The notes under the pieces were generated by a model. It saw only the letters and a list, made by a program, of their open reading frames with translations, was not told the origin of the DNA and searched no databases. Below, in pieces: positions 45,962-56,229 of a stretch of DNA of 64,000 nucleotides. Positions within the stretch are counted from its first letter, which is position 1, and the number at the start of each line of letters is the position of its first letter. Made by a program: the position numbers and the translations under genes. Origin of the DNA: a virus. The stretch lies in IMG/VR virus record IMGVR_UViG_3300047311_000253, positions 2,373-66,372 of that record; one strand, given 5' to 3'.

Positions 45962-47200
45962 TCATCTGACTCTCGCGGCCTGAAAATGCATTGCGTCTAC
46001 TGAGCCGACACTCCATCGGCCGCCCCAAATCCATCCCTCGGTTTCGAATGCCTGTGTGATCAGGCTGTCCGACTTGAATTTCGTATTTGTCGCATGCTGC
46101 GGATTGGCGGCAGCGTCAAAATCGATCGCGGCACCGTAGGAATGGACTGATGGCGTATTGGTTCCGGCAATCGGGCGCCAATTGAAAGAACCGTCAAAAA
46201 CGTCATATCCGAATTGATGGATTTGATCCTGCGATTTGCCACACTGTTCCCAAATAAAGTTCACAACGCGCGTTAGGCTTTCCGCGCACTTCTTGTGAAT
46301 TTCTATCGTTTGCGCCTTGCCGTTCATCAACCACGGAACATGCACACTGACCAGATTGGCGCGGATGGTCGCTTCGCTGTCGCCGTAGAACGCGGGACAC
46401 TCTGCCTGTGTCGGCCAAACATTGTGTTGGAGGACCGTTCCTCCTACCGTCCCAGGTCGGACTGGTGTGGAAATGATAGGCCCCACGTTTCCTTTGTCGA
46501 GGACGCTGACGAAATCCCAGCTTGTGATGTCCGTGACCCGATCGAGGTTGCCAGTCTTTCCGAGTGCCGCCCATGCTCCCGGTGTGAGGTCGAGGCCGGC
46601 GCGGTTCGTGTGGCGGCCCGTGGTGTCGGTGCCGCTTTCGGCTTGCGGCCGGCCGGCGTGATCCCAATACGGGTCGTGCGTATTCCATGGGCCAACGTCG
46701 ACGATTGGGATGTCGACCGTTTTGCCGCGGAGGAAGACACGGATGACCGGGGGCGTCCCGGGGAAGTGGTATGGGAGCGCGGCACCGGGCTTGGCACTGT
46801 CGATGGTTTTGCCTGTGTAAGCCGATCGTTTTGAGAAGTCGCTGTCACTGGCTCCGGCGAAAGATGTGGCAGTGATGCCGGTGAACCGGGGAATTCCGGG
46901 AGCGGGAGGAACGGGCGGGGTGACCGGAGGAGTGACGGGGGGCTTATCGGGTTCGACGGGGGGCTTGACGGGCGGCCCGAGAGGACCGGGATCAGGAACA
47001 GGAATGGGACCAGGAGCAGGAGGCACGACAACAGGAGGGGGAGGAATCGGAAAGCTCGGCGCACGCTGATTCCCGACGAGGGCATTGATTAGGCCCCACA
47101 CATGAACATCGGTGATGATCCCTTTGATCGCATCCAAAATGAGGAGGGCGCCAAGAACAGCAATCGCGACTATCAGGACTTGCGTGGGGTCGAGGGTCAT
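45962..47200 (-). CDS. Endolysin: N-terminal TM, Pro linker, DPBB-like domain, M15 peptidase
   Basis: DVGPWN...DLT (double-psi barrel-like); FNWR, S.HSYG.AID, W.WGG.W, D.MHFQ. Confidence 0.85.
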   Translation of the reverse strand: MTLDPTQVLIVAIAVLGALLILDAIKGIITDVHVWGLINALVGNQRAPSFPIPPPPVVVPPAPGPIPVPDPGPLGPPVKPPVEPDKPPVTPPVTPPVPPAPGIPRFTGITATSFAGASDSDFSKRSAYTGKTIDSAKPGAALPYHFPGTPPVIRVFLRGKTVDIPIVDVGPWNTHDPYWDHAGRPQAESGTDTTGRHTNRAGLDLTPGAWAALGKTGNLDRVTDITSWDFVSVLDKGNVGPIISTPVRPGTVGGTVLQHNVWPTQAECPAFYGDSEATIRANLVSVHVPWLMNGKAQTIEIHKKCAESLTRVVNFIWEQCGKSQDQIHQFGYDVFDGSFNWRPIAGTNTPSVHSYGAAIDFDAAANPQHATNTKFKSDSLITQAFETEGWIWGGRWSVGSVDAMHFQAARVR

Positions 47201-47493
47201 GAGGTGTATGTCCCTGGCCCCGGCGGCGGAGCGGGCGGCACCGCCACCGATGGCGTCTTGAGCGCCGCAAAGAACGACTGAAGGTCCGCGCCAAAATTGC
47301 CTGTCAGATGCAGCAGCGCACCCGAAGCGATCTGGCCTGCAGCTTGATTAGTTACGACGGTCGGATGCGCACCGGCCGCAATCTTCGCGTTGATGTCGGC
47401 GAAGATTTTCTGCACCAGGGCTTGAAAAGCCGGGCTCTGCAGAAGTTGTGTGAGGAGCGGCTGGATGGCAGCCCAAACGACTTGAAAGTTCAT
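47197..47493 (-). CDS. Hypothetical protein (lysis module)
   Basis: Coupled at both ends. Confidence 0.55.
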   Translation of the reverse strand: MNFQVVWAAIQPLLTQLLQSPAFQALVQKIFADINAKIAAGAHPTVVTNQAAGQIASGALLHLTGNFGADLQSFFAALKTPSVAVPPAPPPGPGTYTS

Positions 47494-47807
47494 GAGCGGT
47501 ATCCCTTTGATGGAGTGATCTCCGGTTTGACATTGGGCACACTGTCGTCATGGGCGAGCTGCTGGAGGGCCACAGGTGCATCCCGAGCAATCTTAATGGG
47601 TTCGGCGAGGCCCTGAACCTGTGACGCCGTTTGCACCACTTTGGCGTCGCGATGGATGAAAAGGCCCCAGAGAAGCGGGATAAGCGTTGCCGCGGCACCA
47701 GCAATCGTCGTCGCTGTGTTGGCGTCGATCAGCCCGCGGTCAAGAGCGGCACCCGCGCCTATGCCGATTCCCGTCGTCACCCAACTGATTACCGTGTTTT
47801 GATTCAT
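47490..47807 (-). CDS. Putative holin
   Basis: Two short hydrophobic segments, upstream of the endolysin. Confidence 0.55.
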   Translation of the reverse strand: MNQNTVISWVTTGIGIGAGAALDRGLIDANTATTIAGAAATLIPLLWGLFIHRDAKVVQTASQVQGLAEPIKIARDAPVALQQLAHDDSVPNVKPEITPSKGYRS

Positions 47808-48230
47808 TTCGGTTTGTCTCCTTTGGCATTGTCTGCGTTATTAAGTTCGTTTTCGCCCCTCATCGTCAACTTATTGTTTTTGTCGATATAATACTCTGAT
47901 TTCAGCCAGAATTGTTCGGCGCGTGTGAGATGTCCACCGTCACGAACGGCGCGAAGGGCCATAATCATATTGGGGGAAAGGGTCATATTCCCTCCGTCTT
48001 GGCTATCGTAAAGCGCAGATCGTCGATGTGGACGACGGCACCTTCACTCAGCATCTCAATGCCGATCGAGTGGTCGTTGATCGTCACAGTCTCACCATGG
48101 CTGTCGCCGACATAGGCATGTACGATGCACTCCTTGCCGCTCACATAGCCGAAGGCGACGACATCCTGGCCGCCGAGCGTTGCCATGGCGGCGCAGAAGG
48201 AAAATGCGAGGGCAACGAAGCCGGCGTCCA

Positions 48231-48683
48231 TTACCCCTTAGCCCCTGGCGCAAAACACCGAATGAACGGGGTTGGCGTTCCGCCGGTCGGGTAGTTCACG
48301 CCCCACCACACGGCCGGCGCACCGTGAATGTTTGGCGTCGTGTCGAGGATGGTATCAGTCGGCACTTCCATCCAATCTGAAGTTTTCTCCACTTCAGCGC
48401 CGCTGTCACCACTGACTCGGTATTTGAACTTCGTCCAATAATGGCCGTCACGGATATCTTCTTCGGCGTAGGTGCCATCGGCATTGCTGCAGCAATTGAT
48501 TTTGGTGGTCGGATTGTGTTGGTCCTTCCACCATTGCTGTTCAAGGGGGTTCATCTGGGCATATTCCGGGCGCCAATGTGCATGCGCCCGCATCCCAAGC
48601 GTCAGCAAGAACATGGCAACGGCTACAGCGATGACGACGGCAATGCCGGCGAGCGTTCCGGGATCGGCGTAGGTTTTTCTCAT
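48231..48683 (-). CDS. Exported/membrane-anchored Cys protein
   Basis: Hydrophobic N-terminus with AHA; CC..AD and IRCF.PG. Confidence 0.65.
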   Translation of the reverse strand: MRKTYADPGTLAGIAVVIAVAVAMFLLTLGMRAHAHWRPEYAQMNPLEQQWWKDQHNPTTKINCCSNADGTYAEEDIRDGHYWTKFKYRVSGDSGAEVEKTSDWMEVPTDTILDTTPNIHGAPAVWWGVNYPTGGTPTPFIRCFAPGAKG

Positions 48684-48685
48684 GG

Positions 48686-48895
48686 TTAGCCTCTCTTTCC
48701 AAGCTCTGTAAAAACCTCGGAGAGAGTCACCTTGCCGTGCTGCGCGGCGATGGTGGAACCCAATTTTCGCGCCAAGTCCTTGTTTTCCTGCATCAGCGCG
48801 CGGATGACCTGCGCGGCATCGCGGCTATCACGCCCGCGGCTCGCGTCAAGCCGGTTGACCAGTTCTGCAATTGCGTGCGTGCTTATCTCAAACAC
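48686..48895 (-). CDS. Hypothetical protein
   Basis: In operon. Confidence 0.45.
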   Translation of the reverse strand: MFEISTHAIAELVNRLDASRGRDSRDAAQVIRALMQENKDLARKLGSTIAAQHGKVTLSEVFTELGKRG

Positions 48896-48900
48896 GGCAA

Positions 48901-49116
48901 CTATCCCTTTATCGTTCGTGTGAGGCAGCCATATTTATCGATCGACCAGGGTGCGTCTGGCGTAATCGCATTGAATTTGTTGAGCAGGCGCGTCAGCGGC
49001 GTCTTTAGATAGGGATGCTTGGGGTCGAACTTCTGCGCCGCTGCCCGCGACTCGCGATAGGCAGCGCGCTCGCGCGATGTGACGATGCGTGCGTTGGGGA
49101 TGCCGGGAGGAGGCAT
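48901..49116 (-). CDS. Hypothetical protein
   Basis: AGGAGG RBS. Confidence 0.5.
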   Translation of the reverse strand: MPPPGIPNARIVTSRERAAYRESRAAAQKFDPKHPYLKTPLTRLLNKFNAITPDAPWSIDKYGCLTRTIKG

Positions 49117-49137
49117 GGGCCTCCTGTGAGGTTGAGA

Positions 49138-49311
49138 CTAGCGCTTGCCCTTGAGGGCTTGGTCGACGAGGCGGCGGATGGCCTCTGCCCGTGAGGGCAG
49201 ATCAGGTTGCTTGCGCCGCCATTCGTCAATTGTTTCCAGCGGCTTAGGCTGAAATCTGACTAGGACGGGCGCCCCGGTTTCAGGGGCTCTACTTTTTTTT
49301 GCTGATTTCAT
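49138..49311 (-). CDS. Ribbon-helix-helix regulator
   Basis: PVLVR.....L..ID.WR..Q.D.PSRAEAIRRLV..AL. Confidence 0.75.
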   Translation of the reverse strand: MKSAKKSRAPETGAPVLVRFQPKPLETIDEWRRKQPDLPSRAEAIRRLVDQALKGKR

Positions 49312-49348
49312 GATTTCACTTGACGGTATCATGAAATCACGATACAAC
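49303..49348 (+). promoter_or_regulatory. Divergent promoter with TGATTTCA operator repeats
   Basis: TGATTTCA x2 (49303, 49311) plus inverted TGAAATCA (49332); TTGACG-17-TACAAC. Confidence 0.6.
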
Positions 49349-49380
49349 ACAATCACAGACGAAGCAAGAGGGACACGGAC

Positions 49381-49608
49381 ATGAAAACCACAGCCACCCT
49401 GACCGAAATTCGCAAAGATGGCTTCCAGAAGTGGGAACGCTCTGAGCTGCCTAAGTCAGACCGTATGCGCTACATCTGGCTGCAACCCTTTCAATCAATC
49501 AAAGGTGCCGAGATTGGTTCGACTGCCACACTCGTTTTCAGCAAGGGCACCGGCGGCCTTATCGGCGGCCACCACGCTGGCTGGAGAGTAACAGAACTCG
49601 TGGCCTGA
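49381..49608 (+). CDS. Hypothetical protein
   Basis: First ORF after the promoter. Confidence 0.55.
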   Translation: MKTTATLTEIRKDGFQKWERSELPKSDRMRYIWLQPFQSIKGAEIGSTATLVFSKGTGGLIGGHHAGWRVTELVA

Positions 49609-49718
49609 TCCGCGACGGGCCGATGGCGCATCGGCCTATCGGGCGATCAGCCCAAGACGACCCGGACAGTGTTAGGCGCACCGTCCGGGTCTAACCAGAC
49701 CCACAGGAGACCAGTCCT

Positions 49719-50033
49719 ATGGCCCAGGCCAACACCATCCTTGACTCACATCGCCACCTGATTGCAAGGCTCTCAACGAATAAGCCTTGCCACATCCACA
49801 ATTGTCACGTCGCCGATGATCTCGATTTCGAGGATCGCGCCGCCCATCTGAAAGCCTTGTTGAATGCGGTCGGCGATTATGTCCGTACCGCTCTCAAGGA
49901 CATCGAGGTCAAGGCCAACGTCCGCATCGATGTGAGCTACCTCGAAGGGATCATGAACGACACCGCCGCCGACGTGGTGGGATCGCTTGAGAATGCGGCC
50001 GACGAAGTGCGCGGGTATAGCCGCGCGGCATAA
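49719..50033 (+). CDS. Hypothetical protein
   Basis: AGGAG RBS after a hairpin (49658-49692). Confidence 0.6.
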   Translation: MAQANTILDSHRHLIARLSTNKPCHIHNCHVADDLDFEDRAAHLKALLNAVGDYVRTALKDIEVKANVRIDVSYLEGIMNDTAADVVGSLENAADEVRGYSRAA

Positions 50034-50274
50034 CCAATGGTTCCCTTCTCATCCCTTTGGGTAGCCTCGCGCGCCCGCAAGATTTTGGAGCTAACCATGC
50101 CCCGCAAGATCATCACATCTTATTGGGCAAAGCCCATCCAAAACCGCGCCTTCGATTGGTCAGCCAGTTACGACGGCTTCGAAGAAGGCCCTTACGGCTA
50201 CGGCGAGACCGAACAGCAGGCCATCGCCGATCTCACCGACAATTACGACAATCCAGATCAGGAGTAGAGCCACC

Positions 50275-51054
50275 ATGAAAATCCTCGCAGCGTTTCCCTC
50301 AAAATACCTCAAAGCCGCTGACCTGCACGACAAGCATATCAAGGTCATCATGAGCCACGTCGCGCTTGAGGAACTCGTCAACAAGGACGGCAGCGACATG
50401 CTGCCGATCCTCTATTTCAACGGCGTTGACAAGGGCATGGTGCTCAACAAGACCAACGCCAAGGTCATCTCGGCTGCCTATACAGACGAGACCGATGCGT
50501 GGCAGGGCATGCCGATCGTGCTGTTCCCGGCGATGGTCGCGTTCGGTGCGGAGACCGTCGAGGCGATCCGCATCAAAGTTCCGTCTGCAGCCGAGCGCAT
50601 CAAAGCAATCAACGAGTCGGCGCACAAGGACGCATTAGGCGAACACATGGTCGAGCAAATCCACGACCGCCCGATGACCGCTTCGATGATGCCATACACG
50701 CCGACACCAGCCGACATGGATCGCGCCAAGGAAGTGTGGCGAACGAAGAAGCCGACGCCGCGGCCGAAGGTATTTGCTTTCCAAGACGTGATGCACGATG
50801 CCGACGGCGTGGTGTGGGAGGAGACCAGCGAACGACCCTTAACGCCAGCAGAACGCACCGAGCAACTGACCGCACAACTCAAGGAATCTCTTGCCCGCGC
50901 CAATGCGGCCCTGGATGAGCGTAGGGAAGCCCGTGGTGCGACGAAGCCCGACGATGGCCTCGATATCCCGGCGGTCTTCGATCGCCGTTCCAAGCCTCCA
51001 GAACCGGAGTACAATGCCAATTCCTGGATCGAGCTCATGCAGGCGGCAGAGTAG
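50275..51054 (+). CDS. Putative ssDNA-binding/recombination protein
   Basis: FPSKYLKA.DL, LYF....K.MVLNKTN, D.W.G..I.L, AIRI. Confidence 0.55.
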   Translation: MKILAAFPSKYLKAADLHDKHIKVIMSHVALEELVNKDGSDMLPILYFNGVDKGMVLNKTNAKVISAAYTDETDAWQGMPIVLFPAMVAFGAETVEAIRIKVPSAAERIKAINESAHKDALGEHMVEQIHDRPMTASMMPYTPTPADMDRAKEVWRTKKPTPRPKVFAFQDVMHDADGVVWEETSERPLTPAERTEQLTAQLKESLARANAALDERREARGATKPDDGLDIPAVFDRRSKPPEPEYNANSWIELMQAAE

Positions 51055-51094
51055 AAGGGAGAAGCCCCAGCCGTGTGCAATCGGCTGGGGCCAA

Positions 51095-52078
51095 TCAAAT
51101 GATCCTCAGAATGAAAGGAACCACCATGGCCGGGTTGAGGATGGTATGCGCGCCCCCGCCACCGGTATTGCCCACACCGATGTTGGCTGCTCCACCCTGC
51201 ACGGCGGCTCCGGTGTTGTCTCCAAGTTGGTCAATTGTCGAAACGCGAAGATTGGCACCACCCAGTATAACATCACTGGATTTTTGGTAAGTAAAACTAT
51301 GCGTGTGACCAAAATCCGTAGCAGTATGATTGTGGCTTGGAATTTCCGTGGTGCTCAGGGTATGGCTCTGAGCGCCACCCGTATTGCCGAGGATCGTGCC
51401 ATCAAAGTTGAGGGCCGCCGTGATGCGGTTCGCGGCGGAACCGCCCATGTTGTCGAGACCGAACAGGCCGCGACCGCGCAAATCAGGCAGCGCGAAAGTT
51501 CCTCCTCCCGAGCCGAAAGTCGTTCCGATCAACGCAAACAATACGGAATAGGTCGTCGTAGAGAGCAATTGGCCGAACGGCAAGGCAAAGTTTGCATTGG
51601 GTGCCGTCGCCCCAAAATATGGAAGGACCGCTCCCACGGGAATTCCAAACGGGTTGCTGTAAAGCCCAAACATGATCCATGCGTTGGCGGAGGCGTTGAA
51701 CTTGGCTGCATAGGGCGTGCCCTGGACAAGGCTTGCTGCCGCAAGCGCGGTGCCCGCGGCGGATTGCAGCGGATACGCGCCCCCGCCATCAACGAAAAGC
51801 GTCGCCGCCACCCCATTTCCGGCATGCGGGGTGAAGGCGATCAGTTGCCCGTCCGCGGGAGGGTTTACAAGGCCCTGATTGGTGGTCAGCGTATAGGCCG
51901 TCGCAGTGCCCCCGGTTGCCAACAGGCCCGAGGTATCGTCACGGTATTCCGCGAGCCGTGCCATCATGGCGCGGGCGGAATCGTTATACGATGCCGGAGG
52001 CTGACCCTCGGCCCAGTTTATCGTGGCATCAGCCGAAGCGTTGCTTGCTGCGGTCTTAGACCAACTGAAAAAGGCCAT
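51095..52078 (-). CDS. Tail fibre protein with tail collar domain
   Basis: PVGAV.PY.G..AP, Y..LFALIGTTFG, F.LPDLRGR, P.H.H repeats. Confidence 0.85.
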   Translation of the reverse strand: MAFFSWSKTAASNASADATINWAEGQPPASYNDSARAMMARLAEYRDDTSGLLATGGTATAYTLTTNQGLVNPPADGQLIAFTPHAGNGVAATLFVDGGGAYPLQSAAGTALAAASLVQGTPYAAKFNASANAWIMFGLYSNPFGIPVGAVLPYFGATAPNANFALPFGQLLSTTTYSVLFALIGTTFGSGGGTFALPDLRGRGLFGLDNMGGSAANRITAALNFDGTILGNTGGAQSHTLSTTEIPSHNHTATDFGHTHSFTYQKSSDVILGGANLRVSTIDQLGDNTGAAVQGGAANIGVGNTGGGGAHTILNPAMVVPFILRII

Positions 52079-52081
52079 ATT

Positions 52082-52927
52082 CTACCCTCTCCCCAACGCC
52101 GCCATCTGCAAGCGCGCCAGCACTTGCGGGCTCAATCCCTTGGGCATAGCGATCGGCAGCGGCTTCATGGGTTGAACCTGTTGCGGGGCCATCATCGCCG
52201 CCGCCCGCTGTGCCAATTGGCCGATGTCCGGTCCCTTGCTTTCTCCCGAGAGATCGGCGCCGGAGAGCATCCCCGCCCCAATGGAAGGAGTCGAGGATGC
52301 TCGATCCGGCGCCATCCCTCCGGAGCCCGCTGCACCGGCTGTGAGGCCAACTGGAACAGCGACGGCTGGGGCAGCCGGGGAGGACATAGCCCCAGCCCCG
52401 GAAGGGCCGTTCTCAAATTTGGCAACCCATCCGCGCGTGAAATCTCCAGACGTGACGGTGCCAACCCCACCTGGAAACATCGTTTTGTTGAATTGCGGAG
52501 AGGTTTGAGGATTGTCGGGGATGTTTCCCCATATGGCATCCCTGGCCCAGCCGGCGCCTTTGCGGCGCCCCTCTGCAGTACCGGCCATGTTCTGCCAGGC
52601 AGGAACATCGGGATTGCTAAGATGCGCCGTCGCACCGCCGATGCCCTGTTGGTGGGCGAGATAAAGCTCACCTGGGGTTGGGGCACGGCCCAGGCTTCGC
52701 CCCAAAATTGCCGCATGCTCCTGCGCCTCTTGCGCGACTGCGGACGCTTGAACACCGGGATCGGTGCGGTTCTGATCGGTGATGCCGTATTTGCGTTCGA
52801 GGTCGGGGGAAAACTGGCCCATGCCGCGATTCGATCCAGTCGGCGCGACATTGGGGTTGCCACCGCTCTCGATTTGAAAGAGGCGGGACGTGTAGGATGG
52901 GTCAAGACTGAATTGGTCGTCAGCCAT
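52082..52927 (-). CDS. Virion-associated lytic transglycosylase-like protein
   Basis: IESGGNP, GMGQF, LYLAHQQG.GGA. Confidence 0.7.
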   Translation of the reverse strand: MADDQFSLDPSYTSRLFQIESGGNPNVAPTGSNRGMGQFSPDLERKYGITDQNRTDPGVQASAVAQEAQEHAAILGRSLGRAPTPGELYLAHQQGIGGATAHLSNPDVPAWQNMAGTAEGRRKGAGWARDAIWGNIPDNPQTSPQFNKTMFPGGVGTVTSGDFTRGWVAKFENGPSGAGAMSSPAAPAVAVPVGLTAGAAGSGGMAPDRASSTPSIGAGMLSGADLSGESKGPDIGQLAQRAAAMMAPQQVQPMKPLPIAMPKGLSPQVLARLQMAALGRG

Positions 52928-53104
52928 TAGGAGGGTGCTTCATGTGGTGGTATGTGTTGCAGGGAACGATAATGGGCGCCGTGTTCTGGTCGGATTGGAT
53001 GTGGCAGTGGGGCGTCAGTCGAATTTCCGTCTCGTTCCTTGCCTTCCTTGCGGCTTGGACGACCAGCTTCATGCTGGCGTGGATCATGGATGGCGCGTGG
53101 AAGA

Positions 53105-54643
53105 TCAGCGACCCTGAGCACTCGGCAGAGCCAAGGCCGAGGCCATCAGGCGACGCTGAAGCGGCGTCAGGCGCGGCCTGGGAGGCGCAGGCACAGCCGC
53201 CGCCATCTGTTGGGCGAGCGGCGAGCGGGCGCGCAGCATTTCCTCAAGCTTCTGCGCCTGATTTGAAGTCATCTTCTCGGCGGCCTTCCGCGCGATAGTG
53301 CCGGCAACTCCGATCGGGATACTTGCACCGCCGCTCGGCACCGCCGCTGCGGCATGGGCCATCAGCGTCAGGCCATCATTGAAGCCAAGCTTGCCGGCCT
53401 TGCGCAGCAGGTTTTCTGTGGGCGATCCGCGCACCACGCGCTCGGCTTGCGCTTTTTCAGCGGCGCTATAGCCGACCGAACGCTGCGGCACGTCGAGAAC
53501 GGCGCTTACCTTCTGCTTGATGGCGTTCTGAATATTAGCGCCAGAGCCGGCCTTGGCGGCCTGCCGTTCGGCACGGGTGAGGCGCACGCCCAAGTCCTCG
53601 GCGCGCATGGCCGCGCCCCAATTCTTGCGGGCATCATTTAGGATGGGGATGGCAAGGGATGCGTCCCCGGCCATGAGGTCGGGCTGCTTGAGATTGCCAA
53701 GGAAGTCGTCAAGTCGTTTGACGGCACGGCTTGCCGCCGCTGCATCGGCTGTCGGTCGTCCGACCGTATCGACCTCGCGGGCAACGTTCCCGAGCGCCTT
53801 ATGAACGCTATCGAGGTCGGCGACCTTGACCGACGCGACGCCTTTCGGAACCTGCAATTCATTGACGACGCCGAAAGCCTTGGGCGTAGTGATCGGCCGG
53901 AAGCCATCCTTGGCGAGGTCACTGTGAATTTGAAAGGCTAGATTGGAGACGGCTTGCGGCTTGATCTCGACGGCCGCGACTTCGGGGTGTTGGTAGCCAG
54001 CGCGGGCTGCGTCCTTGAGTCTTTCGACTGTCGGCACGGCCGCCACGGCGGCTTTCGGTACGGCCCCCGCGCCGCCGCCGGCCACTGCGCCAGCGATGCG
54101 GGCCACCGGCTCCAAGCCCGTGCCCTTGGTCAACTGCCCAGCCGTCTCGCTGGTGATTGCAGGGCCGAGCACCCTCAATAACGTCCTGCCTATCTTGACC
54201 AGTGCCGGAACCGCAGTCGCCCCACCCGTTTCGGCTGCACCGATTAAATTTGGCGCAAATTCACCGACCGTCTGCGCATATTGGCCCGGCAATGTCTTCG
54301 GCTCATAAAGAGGACCAGTTTTGCTTTCGACTGCCCCCGTGAGTTCCTGCCCGGTCGGAATGATGCGCTCGGTTCGGCTCGGCTTCACATTGAAGCCCGC
54401 TTCGGCATATTTCTTGTTGAGCCAATCGCCCGCCTTGTCGGCATAGGACATGATGTCGCCGGGGAGGCCGGCAAGTCCGATCGCGCCCTTGGCCACGCCA
54501 ATGCCCGCCGACTTGGCCACGTCGGATGCTACGGAGGGCTGAGCCGCAAACGGATCATGATCCACCGGCACCAATTGGGGTGCCGTTTGCGGTGCTGGCG
54601 CAGTCGCAAAGGGATCATTGTCAACCGGAATTAGTTGCGCCAT
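53105..54643 (-). CDS. Putative DNA ejection/transfer protein
   Basis: Ala/Gly-rich helical protein; L.PVD.DPFA x2; podovirus ejection-gene position. Confidence 0.6.
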   Translation of the reverse strand: MAQLIPVDNDPFATAPAPQTAPQLVPVDHDPFAAQPSVASDVAKSAGIGVAKGAIGLAGLPGDIMSYADKAGDWLNKKYAEAGFNVKPSRTERIIPTGQELTGAVESKTGPLYEPKTLPGQYAQTVGEFAPNLIGAAETGGATAVPALVKIGRTLLRVLGPAITSETAGQLTKGTGLEPVARIAGAVAGGGAGAVPKAAVAAVPTVERLKDAARAGYQHPEVAAVEIKPQAVSNLAFQIHSDLAKDGFRPITTPKAFGVVNELQVPKGVASVKVADLDSVHKALGNVAREVDTVGRPTADAAAASRAVKRLDDFLGNLKQPDLMAGDASLAIPILNDARKNWGAAMRAEDLGVRLTRAERQAAKAGSGANIQNAIKQKVSAVLDVPQRSVGYSAAEKAQAERVVRGSPTENLLRKAGKLGFNDGLTLMAHAAAAVPSGGASIPIGVAGTIARKAAEKMTSNQAQKLEEMLRARSPLAQQMAAAVPAPPRPRLTPLQRRLMASALALPSAQGR

Positions 54644-56229
54644 CAGGACTTGACCATCAGATATTTTCCCGGTCTGGCCGGGTCCGGAACGTACCAGTTG
54701 CCATCTGGGGCCTGTTTGGCGCCTGGGGGAGCGCCAGGAGGCGGCGCCGCAGCCGTGGTTGCACCTGGCGGTGAGGCGGCGACGGCAGGCGCAGCAGTCT
54801 TGGCCTCATGCCCATAGTTGAGTAGGCGATCATAGTTGGCCTGATTCTTAGGGTCGATGAAGGTGAACCCGCCGGCCGCCGACCCCATGCCCTGCTGGTA
54901 GTTTTGCTCTGCCGCGCTCTTGCGACCTTCAATCACTTCCATCACGGATCGAATGGCCGCCTTCCGCTCGGTCGGCGTACTCGCTGCACCTAAAATGGAG
55001 CGCCAATGTTCCTTGTCCGCAACGTGAGGCGTGCCGCCATTGAGGGCTTTAGAGACTTCGGTGGCGAGCGTTTCAGATTTGGTGTCCCACTCTCGTTTGG
55101 CGTCCTGGAAGTCGGAGTCATACATCTCCCTTGCTGCCTGGACAATTCCTTGAACATGGTGGCCGCCGAAGTCGAAGCCTCCCAACCGTTCATCAATCTT
55201 GGTGAGCTGGCCGGCGTGCTCGATCGCGGTGTTTGCGGCCTTCGCCTCCATGCCGCCGGGACCGGTCTTGTAGAACTGGCTTGTCTTCGCCCGCGTAGCG
55301 TAATCAAATTGATGCAGGCTGGGATCAACCAGCGCCGCCAGCGGGAGCAGCTTTTGGAGATTGCGCCCCCCAGCGTTGACATCACCGCGGATGATCGCCT
55401 CGATGCCCGCAGCAGCCACGGGTTGATTCTTTTTTAGATAGGATAGCAATTCTTGGCCTTGAATGGGCTGCCCATCGGGGCCGGTCGGGATCGTCATGCC
55501 GCCCCCGCCGCCAGACGACCCCGGTACAATTTCCTTACCAGTCTGGTCATAGGTTCGGCCCGAGGCTTCGTCGACAAAGCCGAATGACTTATTGCCCATA
55601 AAATCTTCGCCGGTCTGCGTCCACTTCAATTGCCTTGCCCCCATCAGGCGCGGCAATACCTGCTTCAGCATCTCGGGATTGTTGACGAGCGCTTGCGCCT
55701 CCTCCGGAGGCATGTGCTTTTGCTCAACCAGCCACTTCGCCGTCTGATTCTGCTTCTGCTCCGCAATGTCCCGCTGCTGTGCCGGGATTGCCAGTTGCAT
55801 TCCCCGACTCAACCCCTGCCCGAGGCTCTGCGATCCCGCCATCCCAGCGCCCAGCGCCAACAGAGTCGATTGATTGTTCTTCAAGAAATTGTCTATCTTG
55901 CCGCCGATACGACCGAGCAGCGAGGTCTCCGGCACGTCCGTCTTTGGCGGCGGGCGATCCGATCCATAGGCCCCGGATAGTGCCGCCATGTCAGGTGTGG
56001 CTGGAGGCGGTGCCGGCACCGGCATTAAAGCCCCGCCATCGCCATTTGACATTGGTCCGGGCGGAATCCCACCTGGAGGCGGTCCCACATTCGCGGGCGG
56101 CGGTAGGCCAGGTGCCCAATCCGGCGGCGGCGCCCCGCCTTGCATCGGCGTTCCGAACATCTGGGCAAGCATGCCCGGCGTCGGCGCATAGGTCGCCGGA
56201 TCGAACATGGCGGGGTCGAGCATGGGCAT
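54643..56229 (-). CDS. Putative DNA ejection/transfer protein
   Basis: TAATG-coupled start MPMLDP; C-terminal PPGAKQAPDGNWYVPDP.RPGKY. Confidence 0.6.
   Translation of the reverse strand: MPMLDPAMFDPATYAPTPGMLAQMFGTPMQGGAPPPDWAPGLPPPANVGPPPGGIPPGPMSNGDGGALMPVPAPPPATPDMAALSGAYGSDRPPPKTDVPETSLLGRIGGKIDNFLKNNQSTLLALGAGMAGSQSLGQGLSRGMQLAIPAQQRDIAEQKQNQTAKWLVEQKHMPPEEAQALVNNPEMLKQVLPRLMGARQLKWTQTGEDFMGNKSFGFVDEASGRTYDQTGKEIVPGSSGGGGGMTIPTGPDGQPIQGQELLSYLKKNQPVAAAGIEAIIRGDVNAGGRNLQKLLPLAALVDPSLHQFDYATRAKTSQFYKTGPGGMEAKAANTAIEHAGQLTKIDERLGGFDFGGHHVQGIVQAAREMYDSDFQDAKREWDTKSETLATEVSKALNGGTPHVADKEHWRSILGAASTPTERKAAIRSVMEVIEGRKSAAEQNYQQGMGSAAGGFTFIDPKNQANYDRLLNYGHEAKTAAPAVAASPPGATTAAAPPPGAPPGAKQAPDGNWYVPDPARPGKYLMVKS

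Noticed and set aside
50891-52930. 679-aa plus-strand ORF
   Set aside because: Antisense to two well-supported minus-strand genes; Arg-rich shadow composition
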